Program-made: the position numbers and the translations under genes | The notes under the pieces: model-generated | Told to the model about the DNA's origin: nothing | The model's database searches: none | Seen by the model: only the letters and a program-made list of their open reading frames with translations | From: Hydrolagus affinis | Taxonomy: Eukaryota | DNA length: 64,000 bases | NCBI GenBank assembly: GCA_012026655.1 | Contig: JAAILG010000163.1 | Coordinates: forward strand, 1 to 64,000 | Direction of reading: 5' to 3' | In this document: positions 46,661 through 60,777 of the stretch, piece by piece | Numbering within the stretch: the stretch's first letter is position 1 | Layout of the letters: each line of letters starts with the position of its first letter

Positions 46661-48200
46661 TCTGTGCTACATCACGTGACCCAGCTCAGGGCATACGAGA
46701 TGAAATGAGTTCACGAAAGGGAGGAATAAAAAAAAGGGCGTCAATTCATGCTCGTCTTGTTTGACACTGTCGTTAAATTTTCGATCGGATTTGAAGCCGT
46801 TAAGATGTTTGTAAAATTTGAACGGGAGCTGGGGAGGCCTAAGGATTTTCCTGATCATTTCTGGTTGCAAAAATTATGAAGTTCCGTACCACATTCTGAC
46901 TTCCTTTTAATATGGCTGACACATAAAATGAGTAATCTATCACCCTCGGGATACTTTGTTTTGAGGATTACATTTTGTTAGCATTAAAAACAATTTATGC
47001 CGCACTCGCTCTCTCTAGCTCTACCGTTCTGCTTCACGTATAAGAATACATGTTTTTTTTGGTGTGTTGGAGACATGCGATTTTCTGCTGTAGGTTTGGC
47101 TCCTGTCAAGAACGTTTTCATCAATTTCAGTTTCACAGAAAAAAGAAAGTCCGCAGACACGCAATTTTAAAATTACCTTTCACGTGCAGGATTTTAGATC
47201 AATACAAAAATAAATCCACCTCCTCAAGTCATGTTTCTCGTTCTGAATTTATGTCACAGGCTATTTATTTATTTAAGCATTTTTTTTTACACACTCCAAG
47301 GTCTCATTTTTTCTTCTTCGAATGCATCTAATATTTTCGCTTTATGTCTTTTAACCCCAGGCATATGTTTGCATTGTGGGCAAAACCCCAAACCACCAAC
47401 TCCTCAGAGCAATGTCTGGGAAAAGTGACTCTTACAAGTTGTGAAAGCCTTCAGGTTTTCCTTTGTAAAGCATTTAACTGTGACCCACCCCTCCTCTCTT
47501 CCCTCCCCCTATCCAAGGCTTCACGATGCCTTGCCTGCTGGGTTAACATGTAGTTGTCTTTTTATTTTTTTATATACCAGTCACAACTCGGGGAGAGGAG
47601 GGGAAAGCAAACCCTTGAAGGATGAAGCTCAAAATTCAAAGCAGCCACAGGGAATTCCAAGGCAGGAGCGCAAGGCAAGCCAGCTGAGGTAAGGCAGTTC
47701 AGCCCTTCTCTTCATTTTATTTATGCCCTCCGTAGTGCGAGACTTCTTAGAAAAAAAACTTGTACTTGGCCTGCCAAAGCAGATGAGCATGGAAATCATG
47801 TGAATATGCAAAGCAGGCACACAGTCAGCATTTGTGACACGTGTATGTGTGTGTATCCAACCACCCCCCCCTTGCCCCCCACCCACCCCCTCCCTCCTCT
47901 TTTCCTCCTCCTCCTCGCCTACTGTCTGATCCTCAACAGATTGCTGTTGTTTCTTCTGATCACCAGCCCTGTGTGAATAGGGGGGGGGTTTGAAGCTCGG
48001 AATCATGACATGATTTAATGCGCGCTTTTCTAGCTCATTTGCATGTCAAAGCCACAGAGGTGTGAGCGCAGAGATTAGCATGGATATGACATAATGATGT
48101 AATGAATTGAATGTGATCGCTTATGCAAGTAAGCCGCTGAAGAGTTCCGATTTACTGTACAAGGTTGATTGGTGCCAGAGGCTGTTGGAATGCATTCTTT
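46660..48200. promoter_or_regulatory. Candidate promoter/enhancer zone
   Basis: Locally CpG-enriched 46670-47040; E-box TCACGTGAC 46672-46680; octamer ATTTGCAT 48037-48044; minus-strand CCAAT 48168-48172; no repeats. Confidence 0.45.
47581..47688 (+). other. Candidate 108-nt exon (phase 2-2, one open frame HNSGRGGESKPLKDEAQNSKQPQGIPRQERKASQL)
   Basis: T-rich tract plus ccag| acceptor at 47580 and GAG|gtaagg donor at 47689; purine-rich body; peptide not recognised. Confidence 0.35.
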
Positions 48201-51200
48201 ATTGAAGCTGATTTTTTTTTGGGGGGTGGGAGTGGGGGGGGCGGGGTGGGTGGGGGGGAGGAGGGGTTGGTGGGAGGATGGGAGGGAGGTGGGGGAAGTG
48301 GTACTGCAAATTTTTATTTGTTTTCACTTTTTGTGCAGCACCATTTTCAAGCCTGATATTTTCTTTCCCCACTGCACAATTCTCCACCCCACAACCCGCA
48401 ACACACATAGACACACGCAAACGCACACCAACCTCTCTTTTTTATTTGCATGACGTTTTATAATCATTAAACACCAAAAGCATCCTTGACAGAGGTTTAC
48501 TGCTGAATTTTACGGAATGTGAAATGGTATTTATATCAACAAAGGATGCTGAATCATGGACACATTGCTCAATTTGTTTTTTTTATTTGCAGCTGGAACT
48601 GAAGCCCAACAATTGCATTGATGAATTAAACATATGAATACTGAAATTTCTTGCGTCAAAACTGATATTTTGATTCCTTGTTAAAATTCGAGCGCTTCAA
48701 TTTAACTAAGCCGGTAATTGCATCCATTCCTGCCACTCAGTAACGAAAACAGCATGTTTATTACAATGAAACTTCTGATTGTATAAATAATCACCCACCC
48801 CCACACCCCACCACCTTTCCCAAACCACACGTGTACATTTGCTCAGAAACGAGCAGAATTGAATCTTTGTTATCTTTAGTTTTTAAAAAAAAATAAGTCT
48901 TATTGATTGTTTTTTTAAAAAAGGACATTTGGATATTGCAGTAAACAAAATCACAGTCAATAAGTAGTATTCCGAAGCGAGTATATGTAAAAAGAAAGCT
49001 TTCTGTTTCATGGCTTTAGCTCTCCACCTTGAATATAATTTTTGCAACTGAAGTGGCTACAACCATATTCGCATGTAAACGCGAAAGTTGTCTGTGGTCT
49101 ACCCTAGCGTTTAACTTGCAGAAAGTCTGTTTCGCAACGCATCCAGGGCTTTCAAGTTGTTGCCTGGCTCCCTGCGAAAGAGGAAAAACCTCAGTCTACA
49201 GTGCCAATAAGGAAGAAAGGCAGAAAAGAGGATTATTACTATTGATCCACCCAAGGGGATCATTAAACATCAGTATCAATCCACAAATCAGCAGTCTGTG
49301 GTAGTTGCTTGGGCAGTCATTGGCAATTTGTCCCTATTAGATAGCCTAGCCTGGAGGTGTCGATGATGAGAGTGTGTCTTTATCAGAACTTTAATACTCA
49401 CTTCAGAGAGTAATTTTACATTTTGTTTTTAATTTTGCCACTATTGGGTCGTCAAAGCACTTTTTGCCACTTTTTTCTTTTTTTGTGGGGGTGGAAAAAA
49501 AAGTTGCTGGTTTTATTGAATGCGATCAAACAAGGGAAAGGCACCTTTTTAAAAAAAAATTCCAAGTACAGTAAAAGTCAATAATATTTATTTGAAAATA
49601 ACCCCAACTTTTTACTTGTTTTGTTGCTAAACCACAATTCATTGCCACTGACCCGCTGTTTAAAGCACAAATTGCAGTCCTGCGAGGCGACAAAAAAAAT
49701 GCTACCCATCGTTTGGGTTTAATATTTATGTGCAAAGGAAAATTGAGCTCTGATAACATCGGTAATTTACTGATCCAATAGCTGATATTGATCTTCAATA
49801 ATCATAAATCTATGGTAGTTATTCCTTAATACTTTTATTTTAGCCTTTTACACAGACAATATAGATGTTTAAAGTGAATACCTCCTGTATTTAATTTCAT
49901 TCAAATGTTTATTGTTTATCAGCTTAGTGTTAAACCTTGGCAACAACTACCGAGACTCAGAACTGAAACTTGATGTGTGTATCTTTTCTTTTTCGTGGTT
50001 TGAAGGATGTGGAGATTTCCTGCGTAATTGCCGACTGATTACAAAGGTGGTAAAGATTGCTGTGTATCCTATCCATTCTTAGTAAAATCTCATTGATTAT
50101 CTGTTCGAGCTTTCTTAAGCGAATACACAGATTCAGTAGTTGATACCCGACGAGTGACTCGCCTTTTAGCCCTCGGCAATCAGAAAGTTTTTCCAAATTA
50201 ATATTCAAATTTTAAAAATGTCCCTATTGTACCTTCAGCACAGTATTTAAATCAGAAAAAATCTCTTAGAGACAACCTCTATTGTCTTTGATGGCAGAGG
50301 ATCTCTCCTCTTCACAGTGTCAGCACCACACAGCAAAAAAATAGCGAAACTCAAATGTACACTTAATCCTCATTATTTGGATAAGAGATTTGAAGGCGTC
50401 AGGTTAATTGAGGCCTATTACTGGTCAAAGAGTTTCTTTCAAACCAAATAGACCTTGGGTGAAAACTTTCCAATATTTTCTACCAAAACGCTTCTATTTG
50501 AAAGAGAAACCAACAAACGAGTTAATCTTGCACATTTCTGCATTTCAATCTGTCAGGGTACCACAGAGTGTGACGGTAGTGTTTTTACAAATTATTCCCC
50601 ACTCCTCTCTTCCCCCCCAGAGGTGTTTTTAACATCGGTGCAATCGTTGGAACGCACCAACGGGCCCCTCATATTGAGGGCCCGCAAAGTAATGCAAAAA
50701 ACCAGAGGTCTCCCCAGCCTGGCGGAGCAGGCGTTCTGCCTAAAGAGGCATTGCACCCCCCGAAAGTTAATTTTTGCATAAAATAAAATTGCGCATGCAT
50801 ACTTATTAAACTCACCATCAGTGACGGGCCCCCTAAGAAAATTGCACTGAGTAGTTTGAAGTCTTAAAAACGCCTATGCTCCCCCACCACTCCTCCCGGC
50901 CCCCATGCCACTCCCCACATAAATAACAAAGCACAGGATAAAAATTAATCCTTAAAAAGTGTTGCAGAAGCAGGAAGAACATTATCGTAACAGCAAAATG
51001 GTAACTTAGACCTTTAAAGTAAAGCCAGTGTAAAATACCACGAGTGTCGTTGAGGATTCAATTGATGAAACTGAGACCAAATGCAAGAACATGTGTGTGA
51101 TGTAGAAAAATTAGCCAACAAAATATAGCACTCCATACTGCGTGTATTTAGTGGTAAACTCAGTTTATCGCCCTGTTCTGTAACCAATATTTTGCATTAA

Positions 51201-54200
51201 GTTTAATCTTTCAGCTAATTTTCACTACATTTCCCCATTTATATTGTTGCCCCAAAAGGAAGTGGTTTGATTTTTTTTTTCTTTTTTGCTTGACATCTGC
51301 CAGGACAATCAAGTATTTTAGTCATATTCTGTTGATGAAAACACAGTTTATCAGTCAATAATTTTGCTTGAAAATGTGGATGCTGGGTTTTGTTGCACAT
51401 GGCTGCGAATTCTCACTTGTTTTACGCAAACATATAGTTTCTCTCGTATCTTTCAAGGGATTGTTTGAAGTGATCCTGCAGTGGTGCGCACACATTGCAA
51501 TTATTTGTTGTAATTCATATTATTTAACACGAGGATTGGAACCATCGCAACATTTAATATAGGTCATTCACTGGAGTAGATACAATATTATTGCAAATTC
51601 AGGATGAAGTCAAAATGGGTAATAGAACATTGCCCTGTAATGTGTGCTGCAGGAAGCATTACTAATGTGAAGGTATGGAGTAAATGACTGGTTCATTTTT
51701 GCAAAGCAATCTGGATGTCTGTTACAGAATTAATGCAAATAACTGCTTGAAAATAGGAGAAAGGAGAAATTGCCAGCAAGACTGAGCCTGGTCAAATTAA
51801 CCCGAGGCTGCTGTCCTTTTGTACTATTTTAGCGTACACCATTGCTACTCCTTTTTATTCCCTCTAAAAACTTGCGTTTAAAATCTGTTTATCTGTTAAC
51901 ACCGGCAATTTTGTGCTTCTGAACTAAACCAATCTGACATCGGTCCCTTGACGACCTTTGTGTACCTTGTGTCAATTAAACGAGATATTTCATTTGAATC
52001 TCTTAATGTTCAGGTACAGTTTCCCATCGACGTTCTCCTGTCATAACTCGACATTTAATTCCATTATGTATCCGATCCAAACTTTCGCAAGTGGAAAGGC
52101 AGCTTCAGCGTTTTGCAGACTGCAGCAAGGTAACTAATCCACATTGCGCCCAGGTCTCATACTCAGGGGTTTTTATAATATTAATTGTAACCTACAAATT
52201 ACTGACAAGATCAGAAGTAATTCCATAATGCTGTCAAAGGGCTTCATTTTACTCTGCAGATGATGGATGTAGCAGAAGAGACTTCCTGGATTATTAATGC
52301 ATATTGTACTTTTAGAGTCTTATTAAGCCGCAGTGTGTCTTGCTCACTGGAAGCCATTCTTGTTTCTACGGCCATGATTTCTGTGTTACCATGAAATAAC
52401 ATTGCATGCCATTTCTAGACTACAAAAAAAAATCATACTTCGTAAAAATAACTGAAAGGAAATTAATACTGACTACTAGTCTGGCTTGGACAGCCCCAAC
52501 TCAATATCTTCCAGATTTTTTTTCCTGAAACTTTTTTTTTTGGCTTCCTTAGTTCTGGTATAATTATTTTACTCTGTTGACCCTAGGGTTTGCCATGGAA
52601 AGTGAAAGTAATATTTATAAGATGCTTTTATGCCTTGGGAAATTTGGATTTAATTACAACTCCAGCCCCGAATTTCAACACAAGAAATTCTGAAAAATAA
52701 ATCCACATAACCATATTTCTCTCCTTCCACAGCCGTCCCCTCCTCTCCCCTCCCCTCCTTCTGTATGAATCCATGATCGTGAAATGTTGGTTTGTGCTAA
52801 ATTTCTGTGGCTTGCAAATACCAATGTCAACCTATCTATAAATCAGTGATACATGCCTTGCTTTTTATATGCAGCATAAACAGTAGCAAACTGGAAAATA
52901 CAGGTATATCAACTGTATGCACTATGTGCTATTCATAGCTGATGTTGAGTCTTTTTCCTTGTATTGCTGCTACTGAAACTCTGCCCAAACAAAGCAATTG
53001 CATATATGCACATCAATATGGATTCTGCCGCACTGTGTTTTTCTGAAGCATCCAGGTTTTAAATAATGAGTTTTTGTTCTAATTTGAAACATCTGTACAT
53101 GCAGGTTAACACCTGTAGGTGGCAATACAAGCTTGCAGCCTATCTCATCTCCTTTGTCAAGTCCTTTGATTTTTAAGGCTGTGTGTATCTCGGTATTGTG
53201 TAAAATGACAGTTTTTTTTTAGACAAAGGATGTTTTTTTTTAACTGGAATATTGTGATTTATTTTTTAAAAATTGGTTTCAAAGACTAGTGTAGGTGGTT
53301 TTATTTTGTTGCTGGCGCAGAGGGCTATATTTTAATTTCTAAGTTTGAATTTTGTGCTGGTGATGAACGTGGAATATTTTTTAATTTGGTATTTGACCTG
53401 TACAAACAAAGGAATAATGTTACCATTATCACCAAAAGGTTTTGTGGTTACGTTTAGATACATGCACTTGAAATCTTAAATGCCTGCATTATTCCAAATA
53501 CATTTCAAGTGCACAGTGCTCTGATTTTTGACAATAAACTTTGACTAACACAATTTGTTTGTTTTAAGAGCTACGTTTTTATTATATACACAAAAAAATA
53601 GTTTTCATCATTTACAATTTCTGTTAAATTGTGAATGTTCGAGCAAGATTTCCTAGCTGATATGTGCACATATGTTTGCTTTTAATTTCTTTTTACATTT
53701 TTGTCTTTAACTCGCATCAGTCAAAATAGTGCAGTTGACCTAGGAGTGAAATCCCTTTTACATCCCCTGTCTATTCTCTATTTTGTTTGCTAATATTGGA
53801 CTTGGATGAGAAGTCCCCAAAGAGATCCACTTCCCATATAAGAAACGAAACAAAGAAAAGCTCAGCTAATTTGTGTTCTGGTAATTAAAGATAAAAAAAA
53901 CCCTACCAAAATAAGCTCTAATTTTGCTGTGCTGCCATTTTTTAAAATTTTTTTTTGATTACTTCTGAACTAAGGGAGCTTTATTTTTTTATTGCTCGTC
54001 TCCTTGACAACTATTGATGTCAGTTCAATTTTTGACATTTTCTCATTTGGTAAGATTTCAAAATTGCCATCATCCTGCCAATGTGTCACGAAAAAATTGT
54101 ATGAAATATCTAATGGTGTCTGCTCTGCTCCCCTTCACCCGTGGCATGCAAGACGAAACTGATGAAATGTGAAATGTATTCAGAGTGGTTTGAGACAACA

Positions 54201-57200
54201 GCGTGTCAATAACCCCTTTCGTCTTGTTATGCTCAATGCAGAATACATGCTTGTCATGACACTTAGGTTTGTAGAATTCAGATTAACATTTGTCACATTC
54301 GCCCCTAATGTGCTGATTTATTCCTAAATTAAGTCTCTAAAATTTTTTGAAATATAAGGAACAGGGGGAGAGGGGGCGGGGGGGAAAGGAAATAAAAAAA
54401 AACTAGGTTTCTTTCATAGCTGAGATCATAAATTTTTTTATGCCTATGATTGAGGCTGTGTGCATGTCCGTGTGTGCATGCAAGTGACTTGGGTGAGGTC
54501 AGAAAAGCAGCTACCTTTTTCATTCATTGAATTAATACCATTTTATTCACTCCAGCAATTTTCAGTCAAATGCTTTCTTTTACTTTAAAAAAACACATAC
54601 CCTGATAATCCTCATGTCAGTGTTTCTGCGATCGACCACTGCAGGCCACATGTAACAGTAGGAATTGTCTTATTAAGGCAGCAATGATTTTTTTCCAAAG
54701 GTTCCCCATGCCGTGCTTTCGTTCTGAACAAAAAAAAACTGCCTTTGCAAGCTATTTATGTCTGCACTGTTACATCTTAGATAGCTTAGTAACCTGGCTG
54801 CTCTCAAGGCCTTTCTTTATTCTGAACATCAATTTGACGCATTTCAATTAGAGTAAAATATTAATAAAATAAGGTGGTAATGTTTGACACCTAATGTTAA
54901 CCCTGAGCTAAATAATTGCAGAATAGCAAATTTTATTTTTAAAGTATACACCTCCGATCTTATAAAAATACCAATGATATTTGAATCTTTGTTATTTATT
55001 CTTTTGCAGAAGCTGTGCTGGTTTATTATTCAAAAATATTTTGGTTTATTAAAATGTACAATGTGACGGTCGTAAAGTGACACAAATAAATGAGAGACTT
55101 AAGTGATTTGCAGCAAGATGCAAAAATTTTGATCCTAAAGACAGAGTTTCCTCATCATCTATCAATTCTGGTTTTGGTTCAGTCAGCCAGTCAATCAGTC
55201 AGTGAGTCAGTCTATGATTCTGCAGTTTGATTCACAATAGCTTTGAGAATTTGAGACTGAATTACATAGTACGACAATATTTGAATGATACATTATTGGC
55301 AAAATATCTCTGTGATGTTCATATGCATTTTAACTAACGAACCCAGTGTATTTTACCAAGATGGACTGTTTCATATTTCTAAAGGTATTTTCCAATATGA
55401 AATATGATTATCTATTAATTTGACCAAATAGTCTTTTTAGCAATTCATTGCCATTTGCTACTGTTAATATTATAAGTCGTATCACACTCTAATTGTACAC
55501 ATTTAGTTGTTTTAAATAAAATCAGTTCAATATTCTAAGCATTAGTGAATGAACCTGTACTGTATGTTGCTGGTATGTGCTAGAGATGTCAAAAATAGCT
55601 CGTTTTTTGTCTTGTTTTTGGTATTGGTGTGAAAATTCTGCAGTGTAGAAATTGTTCCCTCATTCGTACAATAGTATATTTTTTAATGGAACCAGTTGAT
55701 GGGTTGTTGCGATAGGGAAGGAGAGGAAGGGGCTATGAGATAGCTGATGGAGGATTTGTCTTTGTCAACTATTGAATGAATTTTTTTTAAAAATCCAGAG
55801 AAAAAAATTGTCATTGCATGGTATAAATGAGTGAGGGGGAAAGTAAGGGGAGCTGGTTCCGTGAGACCACAGATGCATAATACCTTCTAAAATATACCTT
55901 ATTCATTTTTCTCTTTTGAACTCAGTCAGGGGTATAATTGGAATCCAGACATCAAAGAATTCCACCACTGACTCCATTTTGTTTCTCATTGTGCCTTTTT
56001 CTCATTTTATAATTCTGCATTAATCGTATATTTGCTAGATTCGCCCCTTTTATTATTGCCAATTCATTTTGTTTAATGATTTCAAATATTTTATGTCACA
56101 TAAACTGCGGCTGATAGAATGCAGGCAAGCTATACAGCGGTCTCCATATATTTGCAGAGCCGTGTATATGTATGTCTGTGTGTGTGTGTTTTTGAAGTAA
56201 CTGGAAGCTGTTTCAGAAATGTAACCTTAGTTCAGTCCAAGGGAGCTTAATTTTATTTAAAGGTATTTATTTTACAGACTAAATTTAATAGCCATTTTAT
56301 CATTAAAAATCATCTTAGTAATAATTATAAAATATTCAATCAAATCATTGTTAATAATTGCAGCTTAATTACCAGAATTACTTTGTGTATAACGGTGCAT
56401 TGCACTTTTAATGTAACAAATGATATGTAGCTTCTATTTTATAAATTTGCCTGTTAATTGGCCACTAATTTTTTCTTCTGTGTAAAAGGGCCTTTAACTC
56501 AAATTCAAAACACACCTTGTGTAGAACATTAACAAACTATATATCCAAAATATATGTTGCCTTTATGCAACTGAGTGTAAATATGAGCAGTCTGCATATC
56601 ATAACTGTCTTTATTCTAATTCTGTATGATCTAACAAATCTGTAGCTGTGAAATGCTTTCTTTATATTAAAGAAAACCTACATCATCAAGCAGAGAATTA
56701 AATATTCTATCCTATCTGAAAATAATGTCCTCAGCAATATACTGTAACCAGATGCAGTACTCCTAATTTATTAAAGATAATCTGCCAAAACACATTCCTC
56801 ACTTAGGCCTAGATTACACTATATTTGCATGGAGAATAACATATTTGTGTCACTTGGGGCTATTTTGGGGACATACAGTAACCAGCTACTTTTATCGTTC
56901 TTACAGTGAACAGAATTTGAACTTAATATTCCATGAAATAAGGCAACACCATCAAGTCATTGTAATCACTTCAGGTTAATAGAAGAAGTAAAATTGTCTT
57001 CCTCGCACACATTAGGGAGCAAGACAGCATTATTAAAGTTTTGTGGACAGGCAGTTAAAATATATCCTCTGTGGCTGACGCAAGTCTTTTCAGTTTGGAT
57101 GACAGCTTTTCAAATCTTAATAGGCTGCTCATTTCAGGTCTGAGAGTTTGCAGCACTTCTTTCGAATGTGGGCTGTAACACGAGGTAAAAACTGACATAA

Positions 57201-59319
57201 CGAAGTGTCATGTATTGCAGAAACCTTTATTCAGTAAGTGCCCAATGATAAATTGGTGTCAATAAGCAAACAATTAGTAATCGTTTGTGCTACCCTTAGG
57301 GGTGTCTTTTTATGATTTGATTTTGAAACCCTCCTTTTCGGCTCTTATTAGTTACTGTATTATGCAAAATAAAAATGATGTACTGAAGCTCTGAATTTGT
57401 TATGTACGCACGGTTTAAAAACAGCGTAACATTTAAAACCTTCTGGTCCAAGACTTGAAACGACAAACAAAAGCTAATATAATTCACGCTCCACCTCAAA
57501 TAAACAGCTTCTATCTTTATAAAGTAAAGGCTTTGTGTTAATGAAACTGTAGAAAATCACTGTCAAGGGTGTTCTGATCACTGTGTACGCTTAATGCGTA
57601 AATTAAGGGAAGATATTTGATTGCAAACTGCAGAAATTTTATTGTGCCCGAAAATAGAGTTTATGTTCATCTGTTTGTAATTCAGTCAGAATTTGAAAAC
57701 AAGCAGCCTCGTCGTAATTCAGCCTGATTCAAATCCTGACCACAGTGTATTTTTTTGTAAGCACATTTTGCCCTTTATTATTTACTTATTGTGCCCATTT
57801 GTAACACCCAGCTGCTTATTTGCAGAATGGCTTGACACTCTGATCTGCTGTGGAAGGTTTGCATATGGTTTTAGTCTTCTCTAAACCCACACAGATTACC
57901 TGCCTTCAATATTCTTCCCTATCACAATGCTGTGTGAACACAGGATTAGGCAATGCACCGGTCTGAAGCATAACTATTGAACAATATTTTTGCTTAAAAA
58001 CACGACATCCCATAGCTTTAAGTGTATTGAAAAGAACTTTGGTGCAGAATAAATATCTGCTTTAATACAGAATGTCACGTTTCTGCTTCCTTCATCTTAA
58101 CACTGGTGGACAGTCGTTAGATATCGATATGCAGACATACAACAAGTACCTTTGAAGATCCCAATCAACCATATCAATATTGTGTGGCTTTGCCTCATTC
58201 CTCAAACATAATTTTTTTTGTGTGGTTGTACATCACACGTTGCAAAAATTAATATTTGATTTCCTGAGAATCTGGTCTTCAAGCAAAATAAAACCTTTGA
58301 GTGTACATATTTTGGCACAGCTGCGCAAGTGATGGTAATCTTAACACAAATCAGAAAAATAACAGGAAAAAATTACAACACAAATGTCAAGCAGGAAAAT
58401 AGAAATGTTATTGCTGTAAAATTAGACTGAAATTGTTCAGGCGAAAGGTTGCTTGACAAAACAAAAGCATATCAGATTTGGTTAAGAAAACGCAACCCGT
58501 AGAAATAACAGAAAGATGTGAAGGCAAAGCCCCGACATCACATTGTAATGCAAACCTTCTGTACGTTATACAAATGAAGTGAGACTTGACATTGGAGCGA
58601 CTGAAAAATATACTTCATTCTGAAGGACTGAGGCCTGCTTGTGGGGACTGTGTTCACTCTGTTACACTAGTGATGCTACAATAGTCATGTTGTACTTACC
58701 TCAACTACCACTCGTGAACAAGGAGGAGGGAGGATAGCCACAATTTAAACTGCAATTATTGAATTGGAATTGCTCTATAAATTGCTTATATTTTGCCGCA
58801 TCCCAACAACATCGAATCCTGTTTGATTTAAGGTTTTTTTTTAGCCCACCCCCGCCCACCCAACATAGGAAAACAAAATTAAAGCCTAAAAATACTGTCT
58901 TATCTTTTCACCCTGAGCAGAGAGGAAATATTGATAACTGTCAGTTTGCTGGACTTACTGAATACAGTGACAGTGAGAAAACCAGACTGGCACATCAAGT
59001 TACAGGTCAATGATGTTTAGCATAGTTTATGATGAATACAAAATAAGCTGTGGTGAAACACTTAATTTAAATTGGAATTTACATTTCTAATGGCAATCTT
59101 CATCAATTCCATTTTTTTTCCCTCCTGCTAAACTATTTATATTGTTGTGCTACCACTCCCACCCCCATCCCCACCCCCACCCATAAACCCAAAGTATATT
59201 TACAATGCGTAAAGCATATTTATTTTCAGTTGCAACAATTGAAATAAGGAGCTGCTTTTAAACAGGGAAAATGTTCATTAAAATTATTGTTATTAACAAT
59301 TTTAATTAAATGGTCATAA

Positions 59320-59467
59320 TAATCCTTGGTGCCTTATCACTTCTTTGAAACGTCTCGAAGCGCCTCTCAGAATATAGCATAAAGTGAATTGACTGTGTAT
59401 TTTGTGGGCGAAACATGGCAGCCAGTTGTGCACAGTAGTGTGAGTCCCACAAACATTCATGGATTGA
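59320..59467 (-). mobile_element. SINE A core plus tail
   Basis: gccttatcac..gtctcgaagcgcc..gtgaattgactgtgtattttgtgggcgaaac..cccacaaac..ggattga. Confidence 0.85.
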
Positions 59468-60458
59468 GGCACCAAATATATATATTTTTTGAAGCAATTA
59501 TTATCAAGGGTTAGTTCATGTTGCCTTTGCGAATTGCTTTATTCATTAGCTTTTGCCAGATTGGGAAATGTGTATATGAGGCAAGTTTTTTAAAATAAAA
59601 ATAGCTTCCACATTGCCGCATTACACCTTTCAGCCTGTTTATGGTTTAATTCATAATGCATTTTTTTTGGATCAGTAAATCATCTCTTTAGCTATAAACA
59701 GTTTCAAAAAAGAATAAATTCTGATTTTGTCCCCCCACCCCCCAATATTCTTGCAATAATGTCAATCACCAACGCATTGAATGTTTTATTTAATAGATTG
59801 ATTATTTCATAGCTGGCCTTTCTTGGTCCCAAAAAACACTTGAAAGAATAAATTCAGTGTAGCCTTGTTGTGGGACTTGAGGAAGTGACAGAAACATGAA
59901 ATAATTTATATGTCACGCGTTCCTTCTATCTGTTTTATTTCCTGGTTTGTGGTTACCAGCGGAACAGCATAAAAATTCTTTCAGTATCAATTTGCGCTTT
60001 GGGCTATTGTTTAAATTAGCGAAATGTAAATTGATGGTTTACCATACAATGTCTAATCATAATTTATTTATGAGAGATGTCATACATTGTGAAGAAACAA
60101 GTGCCTGTAGAAATCCACACAGGTGCGCACCAGCAATACTGTTCATACAGTGATTAGAAGCGTGTAAGTGCTTGTATTTCCCCTCTAATTCCCCCACCCT
60201 TCCATGCAAGCGCGTGCACACACACACACACAAAAGTTGCAAGTGCTTAACTCAAATGCAGTGTTGCTTTAAATATTTAGAACCTATTGATTCTGGTGTT
60301 CAAACATAATAGTGAACAAAATTAATAGGTAGCTTGCCTCGTAACGCATTACGTGCTTTAAAAGTTATCACAAGCTACATGAGTATCGCAGTGTCACATC
60401 TCCGACGGCATGCCTGGCTCACTTTTAGGAGTATCTTTTTAATGTTGATCCAGCAATA

Positions 60459-60777
60459 AGCTCCTGTAACTCAGTGGTTAGAGCACTCGTGTTACAAGCG
60501 AGAGACCTGAGTTCAATTTCAGGCAGGGCAAAACCTTGGAGAACTTTCCTTACTCCACACGCATAAAAATAATCCCTAAAAAAAAATCAATAATAAAATT
60601 GGTCATTTCAATCCACGACTGTTTGTGGGAACCTGCTGTGCGCAATTGACTGCTGCGTTTCGCCCACCTATGTTCAGTCAATTCACTTTGCAGTATACCC
60701 GTGAAACGCTTTGAGACATTTAGAAGATGTGAAAAGCGCTGAATCAAATGGAAGGATTAATGTTATTATTATTATAA
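60459..60777 (+). mobile_element. Full-length SINE A (short variant; reference copy)
   Basis: agctcctgtaactcagtggttagagcactcg..gagttcaatttc head; core; tail gtgaaacgctttgagaca..gtgaaaagcgct..(att)n. Confidence 0.9.

Noticed and set aside
50320-50336. REST/RE1 site (TCAGCACC; also 31152)
   Set aside because: Left half-site only; no correctly spaced GGACAG
60459-60530. tRNA genes (Val-like) at 914, 1379, 11040, 15650, 22290 and 60459
   Set aside because: Degenerate acceptor stems, and each continues into SINE body sequence; they are SINE heads
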